Source: Callorhinchus milii (Eukaryota). Taken from it: DNA of 64,000 bases. The notes beneath the pieces were generated by a model, which ran no database searches, was not told the origin of the DNA, and worked only from the letters and a program-made list of their open reading frames with translations. The translations under genes were made by a program, and so were the position numbers. The stretch is from assembly GCF_018977255.1 (NCBI RefSeq), contig NW_024704743.1, positions 69,752,001 through 69,816,000 on the forward strand, written 5' to 3'. Positions 1 to 13,519 of this stretch are shown in pieces (the first letter of the stretch is position 1; every line of letters begins with the position of its first letter).

Positions 1-1419
1 TGAAAGCATTATTACTGTTATTATTATTGTTACGAAGAAACCCTAGTAACAGATGTCATCATTCCTGGCTCAACACCATGATAAGACTCCAAATTTAGAG
101 TCTAAAACAATCAGAATTGCTTTACTGGCCCTGTATTGTGAAAAAAATTGCATTCTCCCAAAGAACCTTCTCAGTCCATTTGCCTTAACGGCTTATAGTT
201 AAGCTTGACTTCTCCCTGCTTTGCATGATTAGATATTACAACAGTCATGGCCCTTTGGAAGTATGGTTCTTAAACTGAACTTAATATTCTAAGTGTAGTG
301 TTTAAACTTAGTAGTTATTTTCGCACTCTTAGGCTTATACTCTAATCTTTCTCAGGCTTCTGACGTGTGAAGCGCTCTGAGATGCCGTCCAGTTTGGAGG
401 GCACTATATAAATCCAAGTTGTTATTATTGTTTTGAACGAGCATCTAAATGTTCTGTTTAGGTTTATTAATTACAAGCAGAAAAATGTGTTTCAAAAATT
501 CACCAAAGTAAAACATGGTGAGAACTGAAAGTCCATATGAAACACAATTGTAGGTAAAAATAAGGAAAATAGAAAAGTAGATTTCAGTTTGTGGTAGAAA
601 CATCCAGAATCATTGTTTTTATTTATGCTAACAGTAGACAGCCAACAATGTTGATTAAGAGATAAGCCAGGAAGATGCAGGAGATGGTTAAATACATTTT
701 TCAGAAATAATGACAAGTTGGGATTCACTCGTTCTGCCTCAGGAATCTCGAACACAAATTGCTTATCAGTAGTGCACGTATAATGAAGAAGACAAATCAA
801 AAGGACAATTTTCTTTCCGTTATTAAAATAAACATATCATCAGCAACAGGAGAAATTTTGAAGTTTCAGCATTACTGACATTTTGTTTGTTTCAAATTGA
901 TGTTGCAAGTTTTCTCTAAGTGGTAAATAGTGACTATGAACACTATTGAAAATAGCAATTAAGGTATTTAATTGATAGTGGTAATTAATTACCTAGGAAA
1001 TCAATATGCTTCTCTGCCTCTGAACATAACAGTATTTTACTTATGTCTGAGTAGGTGATAAATCTGAGTTCTGTTCACAGTGCTACAGCTCTGATTAAAT
1101 CGGTTGAAAACTCTGTATTAGGATATGTCACATGCTTCAGTTGTAGTTGTTATTATTCCAACTTTATACTCTATCATTGGAATATTTATTGTGTCATTTT
1201 GTGCCCCCTCCCTTCAAACGTACATTCAGAGCAGCGTTGAAGATGACTTAGAATTTATGACAAGATCAGAGAGCTCAATTTCTTTTCACTGGGAAAAAAT
1301 AAGGCTAAAGAGAAGAAATTCTGGCAGTGAAGCAGTTAGAAAGTAAAAGGAATTGTACTTTTTTTGCGCAGGTTCAGTAGCGTACAAATATTCCATGGTC
1401 AGCCCTCACTGTAGATAGC

Positions 1420-1800
1420 ACTGTGCAGCATGTGATAACATTTGCAGATGAGTCAGAAGGTTGTGGGTTCAAGCCCTACATTGAACTCTGAACTCACATA
1501 ATTTAGGTTAAATCTCCAATGCAGTGCTGGAGGGCTGTATTGTTGCAGGTGCCATCATTTGGATGACATATTAAACCCAGGTCCTGTCTTGTTGTTCAGG
1601 TGGATGTTAAAATTTCCCTCGAAAAGAAGAGGGAGTGCCCTGACCAACAAGCCCCCAGATTAAATTTATCATGGCTGTATGTGTGACATTGCTGTGGGCA
1701 AACTGACTGCCTACAAATACAAATCACAAGCTTTACAGTAAATCCTTTGCAACATTTTGGCAATGTGGCACAATGTCAAATGCAAAGATTATTATTATCT
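1420..1800 (+). mobile_element. Old Deu-domain SINE (SacSINE1/AmnSINE1-like), degraded
   Basis: Head gagtcagaaggttgtgggttcaagccc, core ttggatgacatattaaacccaggtcctgtc...ttcaggtggatgttaaaa, tail aaatgcaaagattattatta; same pattern recurs at several other sites. Confidence 0.65.
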
Positions 1801-1810
1801 CATTGCTGCA

Positions 1811-1878
1811 ATATTTTAACCTTTACAATACCTTTGTCACACAGTTAAATATTTTAACCTTTACTATACCTTTGTCAC
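1811..1878. repeat. Short tandem duplication, period about 38 bp
   Basis: atattttaacctttacaatacctttgtcac followed by atattttaacctttactatacctttgtcac. Confidence 0.85.
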
Positions 1879-4299
1879 TCTATGACCTTTGTTTTGGTCA
1901 GCTGGAAGTCTGACACATGCGGAAACCCATCACCATGTTTAAGAGTACCCAAACCAAGCTGAGATTTCCATGACCCGTGTCCTGGTCAATAACCCCCAGA
2001 TAATTTATTCATTTAAATGATGACTCTTTTGTGGATCCTTGTTATGCACAAAATGGCTGGGAGGGAGTGGTTGGGCCAGGGTAGTTGAAGGTGGTCATAG
2101 ATGTAGGGTGGGGCAAGACTATTAAGGGATTTGAAAGTGAGAATGTAGATCTTGAACCCAATCTGCTGGGGGATGGTTACAAGTTGAAACCATCTGCCGT
2201 ACACTCTTAAAGTTGAAGTGAGAATATTTAACGATGGTAATCTAAAATGACAGAGAACTGGAAGGCAAAAACAACACAATGAATGCAGTGTTTTATTAAC
2301 TGGAGGCAATGACTATGACACATTAAGGGTTTCAGATAAACTATCAGAACATGGATCGTGTTTACAAAATAAAAATTCTTACCCAATGAAGGAATTTTGA
2401 GCTGGAATAGCTGAACAGTGATTCCTGTAGATTCTGATTCAAATAGAAATAACACAGTATCACATGACTCAGAATGAAGTAATATTGTAACACGTTTTCT
2501 AAGGTGATGTGAACTTTACTGGACTGTTTGACCCTGTTTATTACAGTTGAATCTGTCTGCGACAACAACAACTTGCATTTTATGTAGTGACTTTCAGGCA
2601 GGGAAGTATCTGGGAGTGCAGATGCCAAACATTTCTGTTGTTCTTCTGGGTATAATAAAATTCTTCAAAGCTGATCCCTCGGGGACCCAGAAGGCAGACA
2701 CACAACATGTTTTGGCTTCATGTTGCAGTGGGTTATTTAATCAGAGGTTCTAACGCTTTTTTTCAAGTCCCGCCTGAAAACCTTCCTCTTCGACCATGTT
2801 TACCACCACCTCTCCCCCTTTGGCACTACCCTGCGTGAAGGGTGCTATATAAGTGCAAGTTGTTGTTGCTGCTTGACACTGAGCCCTAACACTCAGATGA
2901 AAAATCCTTGAAAGTTTGCTGAACAGATGGAGGTCATTTGCCCCTTCTTTCTCAATTTCCCACTGGAGCTCCCTAGTCTAATCCCATTCCCATGCTCTTT
3001 CCCCAAAGCTTTTAATATTATTTTCCTTCAAGTATTTATCCTTTTTACAGTCAGTCTCAAGAGTTATTTGCGATAATTTGTTCACATTCGAACAACTCTT
3101 CGCAAAGTCATTTTAACTATTCTCTTTTCTGTTCTGTTAAAGGTCAGCACTTCTCAGCCTAGTTGCTAGTTAGAAAAAAAGTGTACAGAATGACGGCCAC
3201 CCTTCAAAGGAATGGCTGACCGACTAACTTGTTCCACAACCACTACTCTTGTTGTCAGAAGGAGCAGATTAAACAGTTCAAATGTCAGGCTCCCAAGGGT
3301 AGAGACTGTGAATTCAAATCCCAAGGCTGCTTGCTGTAGCCATCCAAAATATGTCAGTTCATAGGCAGATAATTAAATGTAGCATAGAGCTGCAGATCTT
3401 GTTCAGTTACAGAGAGAGGATAAATAGAGTAGTGTCAGTCATGGAACATCAAGCAGTAAATTTCCAGCACACCTGGAGAAAGGGGAACAGCATGAGGCTA
3501 AACAAAAGCAAGGACAATTAAAATGGAAGGAGTATAAATTATATTATAAAATACAGTTTAAAGTTATTTTGTTTAGCGATCTAAAGTCTTTAAATAACTC
3601 AAGATCTATCTTTTTGACCACACTTTCAGTCATCTTTCCTCTGCCCATCACCCTCAGTTTCCACCCCAGATGCCAAGCCATTGTTGTTAAGTGTCTTGGG
3701 ATGTCCTCAGATCATGAAAGGCACTATATAAATTTGTTATTGTGTTTGCTGCAGCACATCCCAAAATGATAAAAAAGGAGATAACAAATGCATACCTAAT
3801 GTAAAAAACTTTAATATGAAAACATTTTCTGCTGTGAATTTTTAGCCACACCAGTGAAAGCAAAGATGAAATCAGGACACTTCCAGTAAAATGCTCTTGT
3901 TATGCTGACAGCGAGATAACATCTAGCAGATGTTCCACTTGTCTTTGAAGCTGCACGCTTCATGTGCCTCTTATGGGAAATCCCCTGTCTTGGTCAAAAA
4001 ATTTACATGTGGGGTGAAATTATTATAGTTTCCAGTAAGGTGAATGTGCACCAGAACTCAAGGTGCTTACAGAGCACAATGCATCAGTTCAACCGCATGG
4101 AAATCCACCTACAGAGTAGCTGAAACTCTTGGCGAGTTCAGATTAGCATACTGGAGGAATTCATAAAACTTTTATTCTTTTGGTTAATCACAGCTCTTTG
4201 GTGCCTTAATGCAGAAGGGAAAACTACAGGCTGCTCGTGACAGATCTGGCAAGCTTGTACTGGGTAGGTTTATGTCAGTGAATGAGCCAAGACCATATT

Positions 4300-4750
4300 G
4301 CCCAGGATTGAGAAATGCAATAATGATGACAGTTGGCTCTCTGTCAAAACATGATGTGGAACACCTGCGAAACATATAAGAAACATTTTCAGCTGTTCCG
4401 ATATTTATGTTCAGCTCTTTGCAATAGGATTCATTTCAATACCTCCACAAGCACAATGCACAGTTGAAAGAAGAGACTGAGATACAAGAGCTTTCAATGT
4501 TGCATGTTTAAGATAGGAAGATTGTGCAAATTCAACGGCTATAGCGACATGTTTTCATGTCTTACAAACCAGTGTCTTATCTAATCCTGACTACATGAAA
4601 CTCTGTGTGAAAATTCTGAAGCCAGACTTTGAAGCAAACCCTATTGTGATGAAATTGAAGAATGGTTCTCTCCTAAACACAATAAAGATAGGTTTACAGC
4701 ACATGTTTTGGTGATAATTATTGCCGATAATATTGTCTAAGCTGTAAGTG
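4300..4750 (+). mobile_element. Possible very old hAT (ZNF862-like) transposase relic
   Basis: Broken frames IMMTVGSLSKHDVEHL and ANSTAIATCFHVLQTSVL...KLCVKILKPDFEANPIVMKLKNG loosely follow the hAT DGSTD...EQ and DGA.VM.G.KNG blocks in the right order. Confidence 0.25.
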
Positions 4751-4759
4751 GTTGGATTG

Positions 4760-5800
4760 TGGCAATGCCTTCACACATTTCATGCTGAGTAGTGCTGCTC
4801 ACCCAGAGGCTGTCAAGGAATTCCTGATATCTGTTATCTACCTAGTGAGGGCTCAATCCTGCACTTGTTAGATGTCAAATTACTAACTTGTGACTATTCT
4901 CCTTGGAGGGAGAGGTACACAGGGTTTGATGGGGACAACAAAATATCAAAATTGAGTCAGGAATGGAGTCCTGTAGCTCAGTGGTTAGAGCACTCGCTTT
5001 GCAAGTGAGAGACCTGAGTTCAATTCCAGGCAGGGTGAAACCTTGGGCAAGTTTCCTTACTCCACACGCCTAATAATAATCCCTCCAAAAACCCAAAACA
5101 ATAATAAATTGGTCATTTTCAATCTACGACTGTTTGTGGGACATTGCTGTGCGCAATTGGCTGCCGCGTTCGCCCACAAATATACAGTCAATTCACTTTA
5201 CAGTGTGTTCTGTTAAGCACTTTGGGACATCCTCCCGACATGAAAAGCGCTATATCAAATGCAAGGATTATTATTATTATAACTTGCAGATGTGTCTGCA
5301 ATATTCCAAGGCACTGTGATGACAGCATAGCCAGCCTGGCTCATCGGCAGGACCTGAAATGTCAGACCAGTTAACAGGAGCTGAGTGGGATTCTTCCCAC
5401 TCAGCTCCTGTTAACCCTGCAAGCCAAGCTCTAATGGGTAGGGTAGTCCTAGCTGGAGTTGAAGTAGGAAGGTTGCCAGACAATGCTCTTTCTCAGTGGC
5501 ATGGTATGCCATTTTAGCTGGCTAAACATAAGCAGTATCCTAACACATACTCTAGGGTTCCCAAGCCTTGGTTCTTGACAACTTGTACATATTACTTCTG
5601 GAATAGGTTAGCAGCATGTATCCCTCCAGGGAGAGTGTGCATAATCCATTGCATACACAGGGAAATGAACATACATAGATGGTCTACATGTGAATCTATC
5701 AAGTCTGATTTGCTTATTCCTTCATAAGCATGATGATACATTTCCACGCGTGTCAGACAGCCAACAGACCAAAATAAATCTGATTGGATACTTACTACCA
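4760..5800 (+). repeat. Copy of an unassigned dispersed repeat family, interrupted by a SINE
   Basis: Shares ggcaatgc...catttcat, aaacctgc..ttgtcagat.tcaaat, gatga.ag..ca.ccagcct.gctcatc.gcagg, ctcctgttaa.cctgc and ccaagccttgg.tcttg.caac with 21428-21800 and 24865-25480. Confidence 0.7.
4965..5282 (+). mobile_element. Full-length tRNA-derived, L2-tailed SINE (short subfamily)
   Basis: A box tagctcagtggttaga, B box gagttcaattcc, anticodon-loop-like ttgcaa; Deu-like core gtttgtgggacattgctgtgcgcaattggctgccgcgtt; L2-type tail gaaaagcgctatatcaaatgcaagg(att)n. Confidence 0.9.
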
Positions 5801-6589
5801 TGGTAAACTAATTATTATCAGCGTAAACGAAAGTGAGAGGTTGAATGATTTTTTTCCATAGAGGGTTGTTAGAATAATGAATGCCTTACTGTAAATAATA
5901 GTTGTAGGTGAATCCATACAGCATTTACAAAATAATTTACATTAATAATCCATGCATTTAGTACAATGCCTTTCATATCAGAAAGACATCTCAAAGGGCT
6001 ATCCAGATTATATTGTAAAGTGGCGTGACTGAGTGTATGTAGATAAACACAGCAGCTAATTTGCATACAGAAATGTCATACAAACATCCATGAAGTGAAT
6101 GACAAGTTTTATTTGATGGATTTTTGGCTAGGCAATTGGGAGAAACTGTCTTCTATTAAATGTAATAACAATAATGATAATTGCATTTGATATAGCGCCT
6201 TTATCACATCGTCGAGACATCTCAAAGTCCTTCACAGAATATACTGTAAAGTGAACTGACTATTTTGTGGGCAAGATATGCTAATTACTTGAGGGAAAAT
6301 CATATAGTGTATGGAGAAAGAGCAGAGGAATATGACTGGGATGATAATTTCAGTGGGAAAACTAGCACAACCACAGAGACAAGGGATGAATCACTTTCTG
6401 AGCTGCAAAATTTCTATGATTCAATAATCAATAACCTAATTGATAAAGTGCCATTTTATGATTATTTTCACTTTTAAAGAGAGGATTGTATATTACTGGA
6501 GTCTGTTGAAGTATTTCCTTGACAACAAGATAATAAAAAGGTCCCAATACTGATATTTGGTGATTAATGTAACTTATTACTCCCACTCC

Positions 6590-6990
6590 TCTGTCTGCCG
6601 ACTTTGTTCAGCTGGCTTCAGCCTCCCACAACACCCCTTGTCCCCTCTGCTCCACTATCAATGGCTGTGCTTTCAGCCACTACATCCCAAAACTCTGGAA
6701 TTCTCTCCCTCAATATCTCTGCCTTGCCCATCCTCAGATTGCACCTGGAGATCTTTCTCTTCAACCATGTCTATAGAACCATAAGACCATAGAAAACATT
6801 TACCGCACATTAGAAGGTTATTCAGCCTATTGTGGCTGTGCCAGCTCCCTCAAGAGCCCTTATGATCACCTCCCGTCCCTGAAAGTTACCTGCCCTCTCT
6901 CCCTGGCTCAGCATCAAGCTCCGCCACTGTCCAGCACTCCAAAATGCTACAACGTGCGAAGAGCATTATATAAATGCAAGTGTTGTTGTT
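6590..6990 (+). mobile_element. L2 LINE 3' fragment with a small CR1-tail insertion (about 6770-6850)
   Basis: tttcagccac...aactctggaattctctccct...ctcttcaacc...tataaatgcaagtgttgttgtt. Confidence 0.65.
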
Positions 6991-8849
6991 TACAGTGTTA
7001 ACGTGTTATCAGTGTGCTATGGTATATGATTATATCCTCAACTCCCAACTATGCAATACATCAAGTTATAGTGCCATTAGGTTGAATCTTGTGCTGTTTC
7101 ATAATGTTTTTCTTGAGATAATTATCACAAGGAACACATTTTAAAACACCACAAATTTCACTCTATTATTTCCACATTAAATTGGTCATTATATCGTCCT
7201 TGGAGGCCCTAACATGGTATTGTCTGTTCCATCATGCTCTCTATTAAATAAGAGCAATAAGCTTTCCTCAGGTGCCATGAGGACTTTGAGGTCATATAGC
7301 TTTTCTTGTTCTCCTATTATTATATACTAATCTAGCCCACAAAACCAATCATAGCTGTCAATTTGGAGCTGTACAACACAAGAAGTATATTTGATTTTCT
7401 TGACATCTGAATGATTAACATCTTTTGAGAAATGAGCCTTTCTGAGGGCAACAATTGATTTCTTGAGAATCATGCTCAGGTGGTTAGTAGATTAGATAGC
7501 GCCCCTCACTCAGGGTAGCATTTCAGAGTGCTTAATGGAAATACATTTTTATTATAGGCATGAAGTTTTCTAGCAAATAACTTCTAATGAACCCAAGATA
7601 AACCATGTTCTTAAACCAAATTGGCTCCCTATGGGGATTATTTCTGCTTAGTGAGAATAAAACTGAAGGAATATAAAAGGAAATGTAACATTGCATGCAG
7701 AATTTATAATTAAAAAATGTAAAATCATCATCCTCCACTGCTGGTCGAAGGCTTGAATACATACTGTTTTTCTCTTCAAGGCATCAATGATTTGGCAGGA
7801 TGCTCATCAAAACACAGTAAAGGCATGTTCTTGTCCACCAGAAATCTGACCCTGATATTGTTCATAACCTTAGCCTGAGACATTGCTGTGCACAAATTGG
7901 CTATTGTGTCTGCATGGAAATACATAGTAATTACATGTTACAATAAATACTGTGAAGCACTTTGACACATTTTGACAACATGATCAAGCACTATACCAAA
8001 TGTAAGGATTCTCTTCATTATTAAGGGCATCGTCTTAAAATGTAACATCATGCACATTTTTGGAAAATTATTAAATTCAATCTTAATTTGGAAGCCAGGA
8101 GCTTTCCACAGTAGCCAAAAAGAACTGCGGAGAAGACGATTACAAGGTAAGACTGAATTTTCAGACGTCTTCCCTCTCCATTCACATTTGGCAGGAGCTC
8201 AGAGACCCAGAATAGTTATGTGGATACACAATTAAGCAGCTATGAAAAAATAGGTATTTAATTATCAATTCTTTGTGCAAAAATCATAAGATCACAAGAT
8301 TGGTTCAGATGAAGAAGGCACTTCAACCCATTTGAACTCATCCTTCCAGAATACTCACCTCCCATCCTGCGATCACAGCTTCAGGCTGTTTTTTTCAAAA
8401 ATGTGTCCAGCATCCCATTCTCAATCATCCTTACTAGTAATCTGTTCCAGTTGTTAATTACTTTCTGGGTAAAGAAATACCTCCCAGTGTCTTCTATCTT
8501 TAGTTGCTCTTTTAGCACTTTCAAGCCTTGTGAATTCTCACACCCAACATGAAATTTGGTCCTTAGAGTAATGTGGGAAAAGGCAAACTCTGCTACTCTG
8601 CAAAATTGTCAACCAGTGCAACAACAACAAAATTACATTTATAGAGTACCTTTCACGTCGGGAGGACGTCCCAAAGCACTGAACAGTCAGGTGTTGGGGT
8701 ATATAACACTAATGCGAATTGAGAGACAGTAAGAGAAATAGAGAAGAACAAGGAACAGTAACAAAAAGAAACAGAGTAGTATTCTAATTGACGTGTTGTA
8801 AATGTTTAATACATTTCTTGTACACATACAAATGAAAACACAACAAAAA

Positions 8850-9390
8850 GTATAGAATCAAAGAAATTTACAAGTAAAAGGAGGCAATTTGGCCATCAAA
8901 TCTACAAAGGCTCTCAGAGTAAGTTATTATTTCAATCCTGATGCCCTACCCTATCCCTTTACCTCTTCAAGCCTCTAACTTTCATGTACCTGTCTACTTC
9001 CCTCTTGAAACTTACAATGGACTCTCTGCCTCTATCACCTTTCACTGCCTCTATCATGGTATTTCACATGCCAATAATTCTCCAAGTGAAAACCAAATTC
9101 TCTTAAGCTCTTCGTTTGTTCTTCTTGTGACAATCTTATCCTTAGTAACTGATTCCCCTAGTAGTGGAAATAGCTTCTCCCTATTTAGCATTTCAAAATC
9201 ACTCATAATTTTGTACACCTCTATCAGACCCCTTTTCAAACTTTTCTGTTCCAATGAAAACAGACCCAGTTTCTCCAATCTCTCCTTATAACAATAGCCT
9301 CCTCATCCCTGGTATCATTCTCATATATCTCTACACCCCTCCTTTCTTGAGGAAGGTGCCCAGAACTGAACACAATACTTCAGTTACATC
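8850..9390 (-). mobile_element. CR1 LINE 3' fragment
   Basis: ORF 9054-9278 LEKLGLFSLEQKSLKRGLIEVYKIM...NREKLFPL is the CR1 ORF2 C-terminus. Confidence 0.85.
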
Positions 9391-9414
9391 ATAGGTATAC
9401 CATTTATATACCAT

Positions 9415-10582
9415 TTTGTCATTTGATAAAGTGCCACATAAGAGACTTGTAAGCAAACTAGAAGCCCACTGTATTAAAGGAACAGTGGCAGCATGGATAC
9501 AGAACTGGCTGGGAGACAGAAAGCAGAGAGTGGTGGTGAATAGTTGTTTTTCTAACTGGAGTGAAGTGTGCAGTGGTGTCCCCCAGGCATCAATATTGAG
9601 ACCACTGCTGTTTTTGATCTATATAAATGACCTGGACTTGGGTATAGGGAGTACAATTTCCAAGTTTGCAGATGATGCTAAGCTAGGGAAAATAGTAAAG
9701 AAGCGAGGAGGATAGTAGCAGACTGCAAGGGAACATCGACAGACTGGTAAAGTGGGCAGACATGTGGCAGATGAAGTTTAATGTAGAGAAATATCAAGTG
9801 ATGCATTTTGGGAGGAAGAATGAGGAGAGGCAATATAAGCTGATGGTCCAATCTTAAAGGGGGTGAAGGAACAGAGAGACTGGGGGTTCATATAAGTAAA
9901 TCTTTGAAGGTGGCAGGACAGGTAGATAAAGCTGTTAAAAAAGCATACGGGGTACTAGGCTTTATAAATAGGGACATTGAATACAAAATCAGGAAGTTAT
10001 GATGAACTTTTATAAAACACTGGTTAGGCCTCAGCTAGAGTATGTGTTCAGTTCTGGGCCCCACACTTTAGGAAGGATGTCAAGGCATTGGAGAGGGTGC
10101 AAAGGAGATTTACCAGGAATGTGGGACTTCAGTTATCAGGAGAGGTGAGAGAAGCCAGGATTATTCTCCTTGGAGCAGAGAAGTTTAAGAGGAAACTTAA
10201 TAGAAGTTTTCAAAATTATGAGGGGTTCGATAGGGTGAACAAGAAGAAATTATTTCCACTGGTGGGTGGGTTGGTAACTCGAGGACACTGATTTAAAATA
10301 GTTGTTAAAAGAAACAGAGGGAAGTGAGGAACATTTTTTTTACACAGCGAGTTGTTGGGATCTGGAATGCATTGCCTGAAAGGGTGGTGGAAGCCAATTC
10401 GTCAGCAACTTTTAAGAGAGAAGTAGATAATTATTTGGGGAGGACAAGTTTGCAGGGCTATGGGGAGAGAGTGGGGGAGTGGGATTGATTTGGATAACTC
10501 TTTTCAAAGAGTCAACATAGACACGATGGGCTGAATGTCCTCATTCTGTGCCATATAATTTTATGATTCTATGATTCTGTGA
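9415..10582 (+). mobile_element. CR1 LINE, 5'-truncated, RT domain to 3' tail, frameshifted
   Basis: FDKVPHKRL...WIQNWLGDRKQRVVVN...GVPQASILRPLLFLIYINDLD...SKFADDAKL; LERVQRRFTR; tail tatgattctatgattctgtgat. Confidence 0.95.
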
Positions 10583-11259
10583 TGATCCTTATGGACTTGT
10601 CTTACCGTATATGCATAAAATCATCAAGAATTTGCAGGAGAAAATGCTTGCAAAATTCATGATCGTGATCAGGAACTGTTTTTCCAAACTCCTTTGACGA
10701 GATCATTTGGCACATTTTAATGTTATTGATGTATAACATTGGTCAGTTGTTTGGGTGGATGTTAAAGTTCCCATGGTACTGTTTGAAAAGAGAAGAGAAT
10801 TTTCCAGAGTGACCTGATCAACATTCCTCTAGATACACTGGTCTTTTATCTTATTTATGGGACCTTGCTATGCACAAAATAGTGCTGACATTTGCCTACA
10901 AAAACTGTCTTTCCATTAATTACTGTAAAGCACATTATTGAGTTTTGACATGATAAGGTGCTATATAAAATGAAAGTTCTTTTTATCTTGCTTCATCTTG
11001 ATATTAGGAGCTTTTAAATAACAAAACTTATACAAAAAGCAGAAACGTTGGCAATTATAATGGTTCCAAAAATGTCATTACAAGAGTCATGGTCTATAAA
11101 TTAATAATCCTCTGCCACTCAATAATTACACTTTAAATTCAAAAATGAAAAAGCAATCTCCTCCAGCAATTCATCACAAATCTGAGAACAGAATTTGCTG
11201 GAACTAGATATACCCATCTTTCTCGGACACAGAGTAAAACAGTGGCTTTATATTTCTCA

Positions 11260-11705
11260 TGGCTTCCCCTCATGCAGGGATGCAGTTCAAGATCTTGGTC
11301 TACACCTTCAAAGGCCTCCATGGCCTTACTCCTCCCTACCTCTGCAACCTCCTACCCCCCTACCATCCTGCCCACTCCCTCCACTTAGTGGGTTCCGGCC
11401 TGCTTCATGTCCGCTGCCTCGCCCACCCCGCAATTGACGGGCGGGCCTTCTGCCACTCTGTTCCCACCCCCTGGAACTCCATCAAGCAGTCCCTTCGCCT
11501 CGCCCCCACCCTTGCCTCCTTCAAGACCCATCTCAAGACCGTCCTCTTCGACCTTGTTTTCAATCTCCCTGCTTCCCCCCCTGCCCTCCACCCTCCCCAA
11601 TCCCAACCCCCAGCTCAGGTCCAAAACACTGACTGTCCAGTACGTTGGGACATCCTCCCAATGTGCAAGGCACTATACAAATGTAATTTTGTTGTTGTTC
11701 TTGTT
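11260..11705 (+). mobile_element. L2 LINE 3' end
   Basis: QFKILVYTFKGLHGLTPPYL...GRAFCHSVPTPWNS...LASFKTHLKTVLF then ggcactatacaaatgtaattt(tgt)n. Confidence 0.92.
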
Positions 11706-11711
11706 TTAGCC

Positions 11712-11840
11712 TTAAGTCCGTTATTTTAAAGATTATGCAGAATTTTCAAAAAGTGCGATAAAATGGCTCCCAAATTGAGACTGAATTTAAGAATGTTCCA
11801 AAATTCTGCATCATCTTAGATTTTAAGATAATGGTCTTAA
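11712..11840. mobile_element. Small palindromic MITE-like element bounded by TTAA
   Basis: ttaagtccgttattttaaagattatgcagaatttt ... aaaattctgcatcatcttagattttaagataatggtcttaa; related sequence at about 8023-8100 and 27490-27645. Confidence 0.6.
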
Positions 11841-13519
11841 GATAAATAAAAATAAATATCTTGAGTCTCAGATTTTTGTGTTCCCTTTAAACAGGAATTA
11901 TTTCATTTTCTGGGTGCGTAAATTCTGACCAATATACTGTCAGTGCTATAAAGTATTACCATTTCTCAGACTTGTTCTATTTTTAATTGTTATTTTGTCC
12001 AGGGGATTTGTCTTACAAAATTTATGGATTAAATCATCTTCACGAGTAAAATTATGAGTTTAGAATGTGGGAACTCAGGATTGGAGCTGACATGCTTTCA
12101 ATGAATCAGTGGGTATATATAACACTTATCTGTCTATGACAAAGCTGTTCTATAATAACGAGAGCAATGCAAGATCTGAGGCAACCAATCTGCTACTGCT
12201 TGGAGCTATATAATGATGAAAGTCAGTCCAAATACTGTGTTTTTTTTATATATTATTCAACTTTTAAATGAAGGTGTTATCTGACATCCAGGGACTCAGG
12301 CAAGTTATATAATAGTCTTATAATTGGAATGTCAAAGAGATTAATAGTAGGTGAAAAGAAGGAACTGCTTCATCAAATACGTGATTGGTTTTGTGATTAG
12401 CTTTAATCCCCATAAATTAATTGTTCCATTGCCTCAGTATTAAAAAAAGTTCAACCCATTTTCCATATTGCTTTTACTGACTATCAGCCCTACTTTGAAC
12501 TGATTAATAATTAATAATTAATTCAACATTTGGTTTCTCTCTTAAAACAAATCTTAGATAATAAACACATTTTATGAGGTAAAATACTCTCCTACAATAA
12601 TTACTTAGCAAAAAGTGCACAAGAAATGAATTTTTGACAATCTCTTCAGATTGTATACTGAACTAGTGATTAAGGTAGTCTTTATTTCCAAAACATGGAT
12701 AGGTTTTAAGGGCCTTTTATACAGTAAACCCATACTTTGACTGGAGTACAGATGCCACCAAACATAATGCTGTTGTTTTTCTTTGTTCGGTTTGCATACT
12801 CTTAAGCACGGTGATGAGTTTGCACATGTGTCAGGCACCTGGCTAAACCCTCCCCAAATTGTTGTTTTTCTGATCAATGTGACTACAAACATAATTTTAA
12901 GCAAAAGCATAAATGTAAGCATGTCTGAGTTCACCTTTATTATATATTAGAGATGCCTGTGAATCTTAAGTACTGGGATGAATATTTCAACCATTCTAAC
13001 TGTGTGGTATTTTAATTCCATGTTGTCCCAATGTCTGATAAAGACAGAACAACTTGTAAAAAAAAAATTCTAAGATTTATTCAATATTTTTTCAGGTTTG
13101 GCTGTTGTACGGTTTTAATGGTTCCTATGTTTTGCATCTCTGCTTAATTTAGATGAGGAACATGCAACCCTGAGCATAAGCATTCGTCTCTCCTATGCTT
13201 GTATTGGGCTCCATCTGCCAGTTCTTCAGGATTATGTTAAAGATCCCAGGACATTATTTCTCTCAGTGTCCTGGCCTCCAGATTAATTACTTTTTTCAAC
13301 TGCCCTGAAATGTCCCAATAAATGATCCACCTAATCAACAAAAAAATTAACAGTCTTAACAGTTCCATGAGTAAAGATCCAGAATGCTGTACTCCTCACA
13401 ATATTTCACACGAGAAGTCTAGGTATACTTCTAGTGAGAAGTCTAGTGCTCTGAGTACCTACCCTGTGTGGAGGGCGCTATATAAGTCTAAGTTGTTGTT
13501 GTAATTGTTGTTATCCAGG

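Noticed and set aside
492..1346. ORFs of 102, 61 and 73 aa as host exons
   Set aside because: No recognisable family and no convincing splice-site pair
4965..5040. tRNA-Ala gene
   Set aside because: It is the SINE head: no complete acceptor stem and it runs into the SINE body in every copy
8112..8152. Short exon tttccacag...caag|gtaaga
   Set aside because: Acceptor region belongs to the MITE-like family also seen at about 27540; no partner exons
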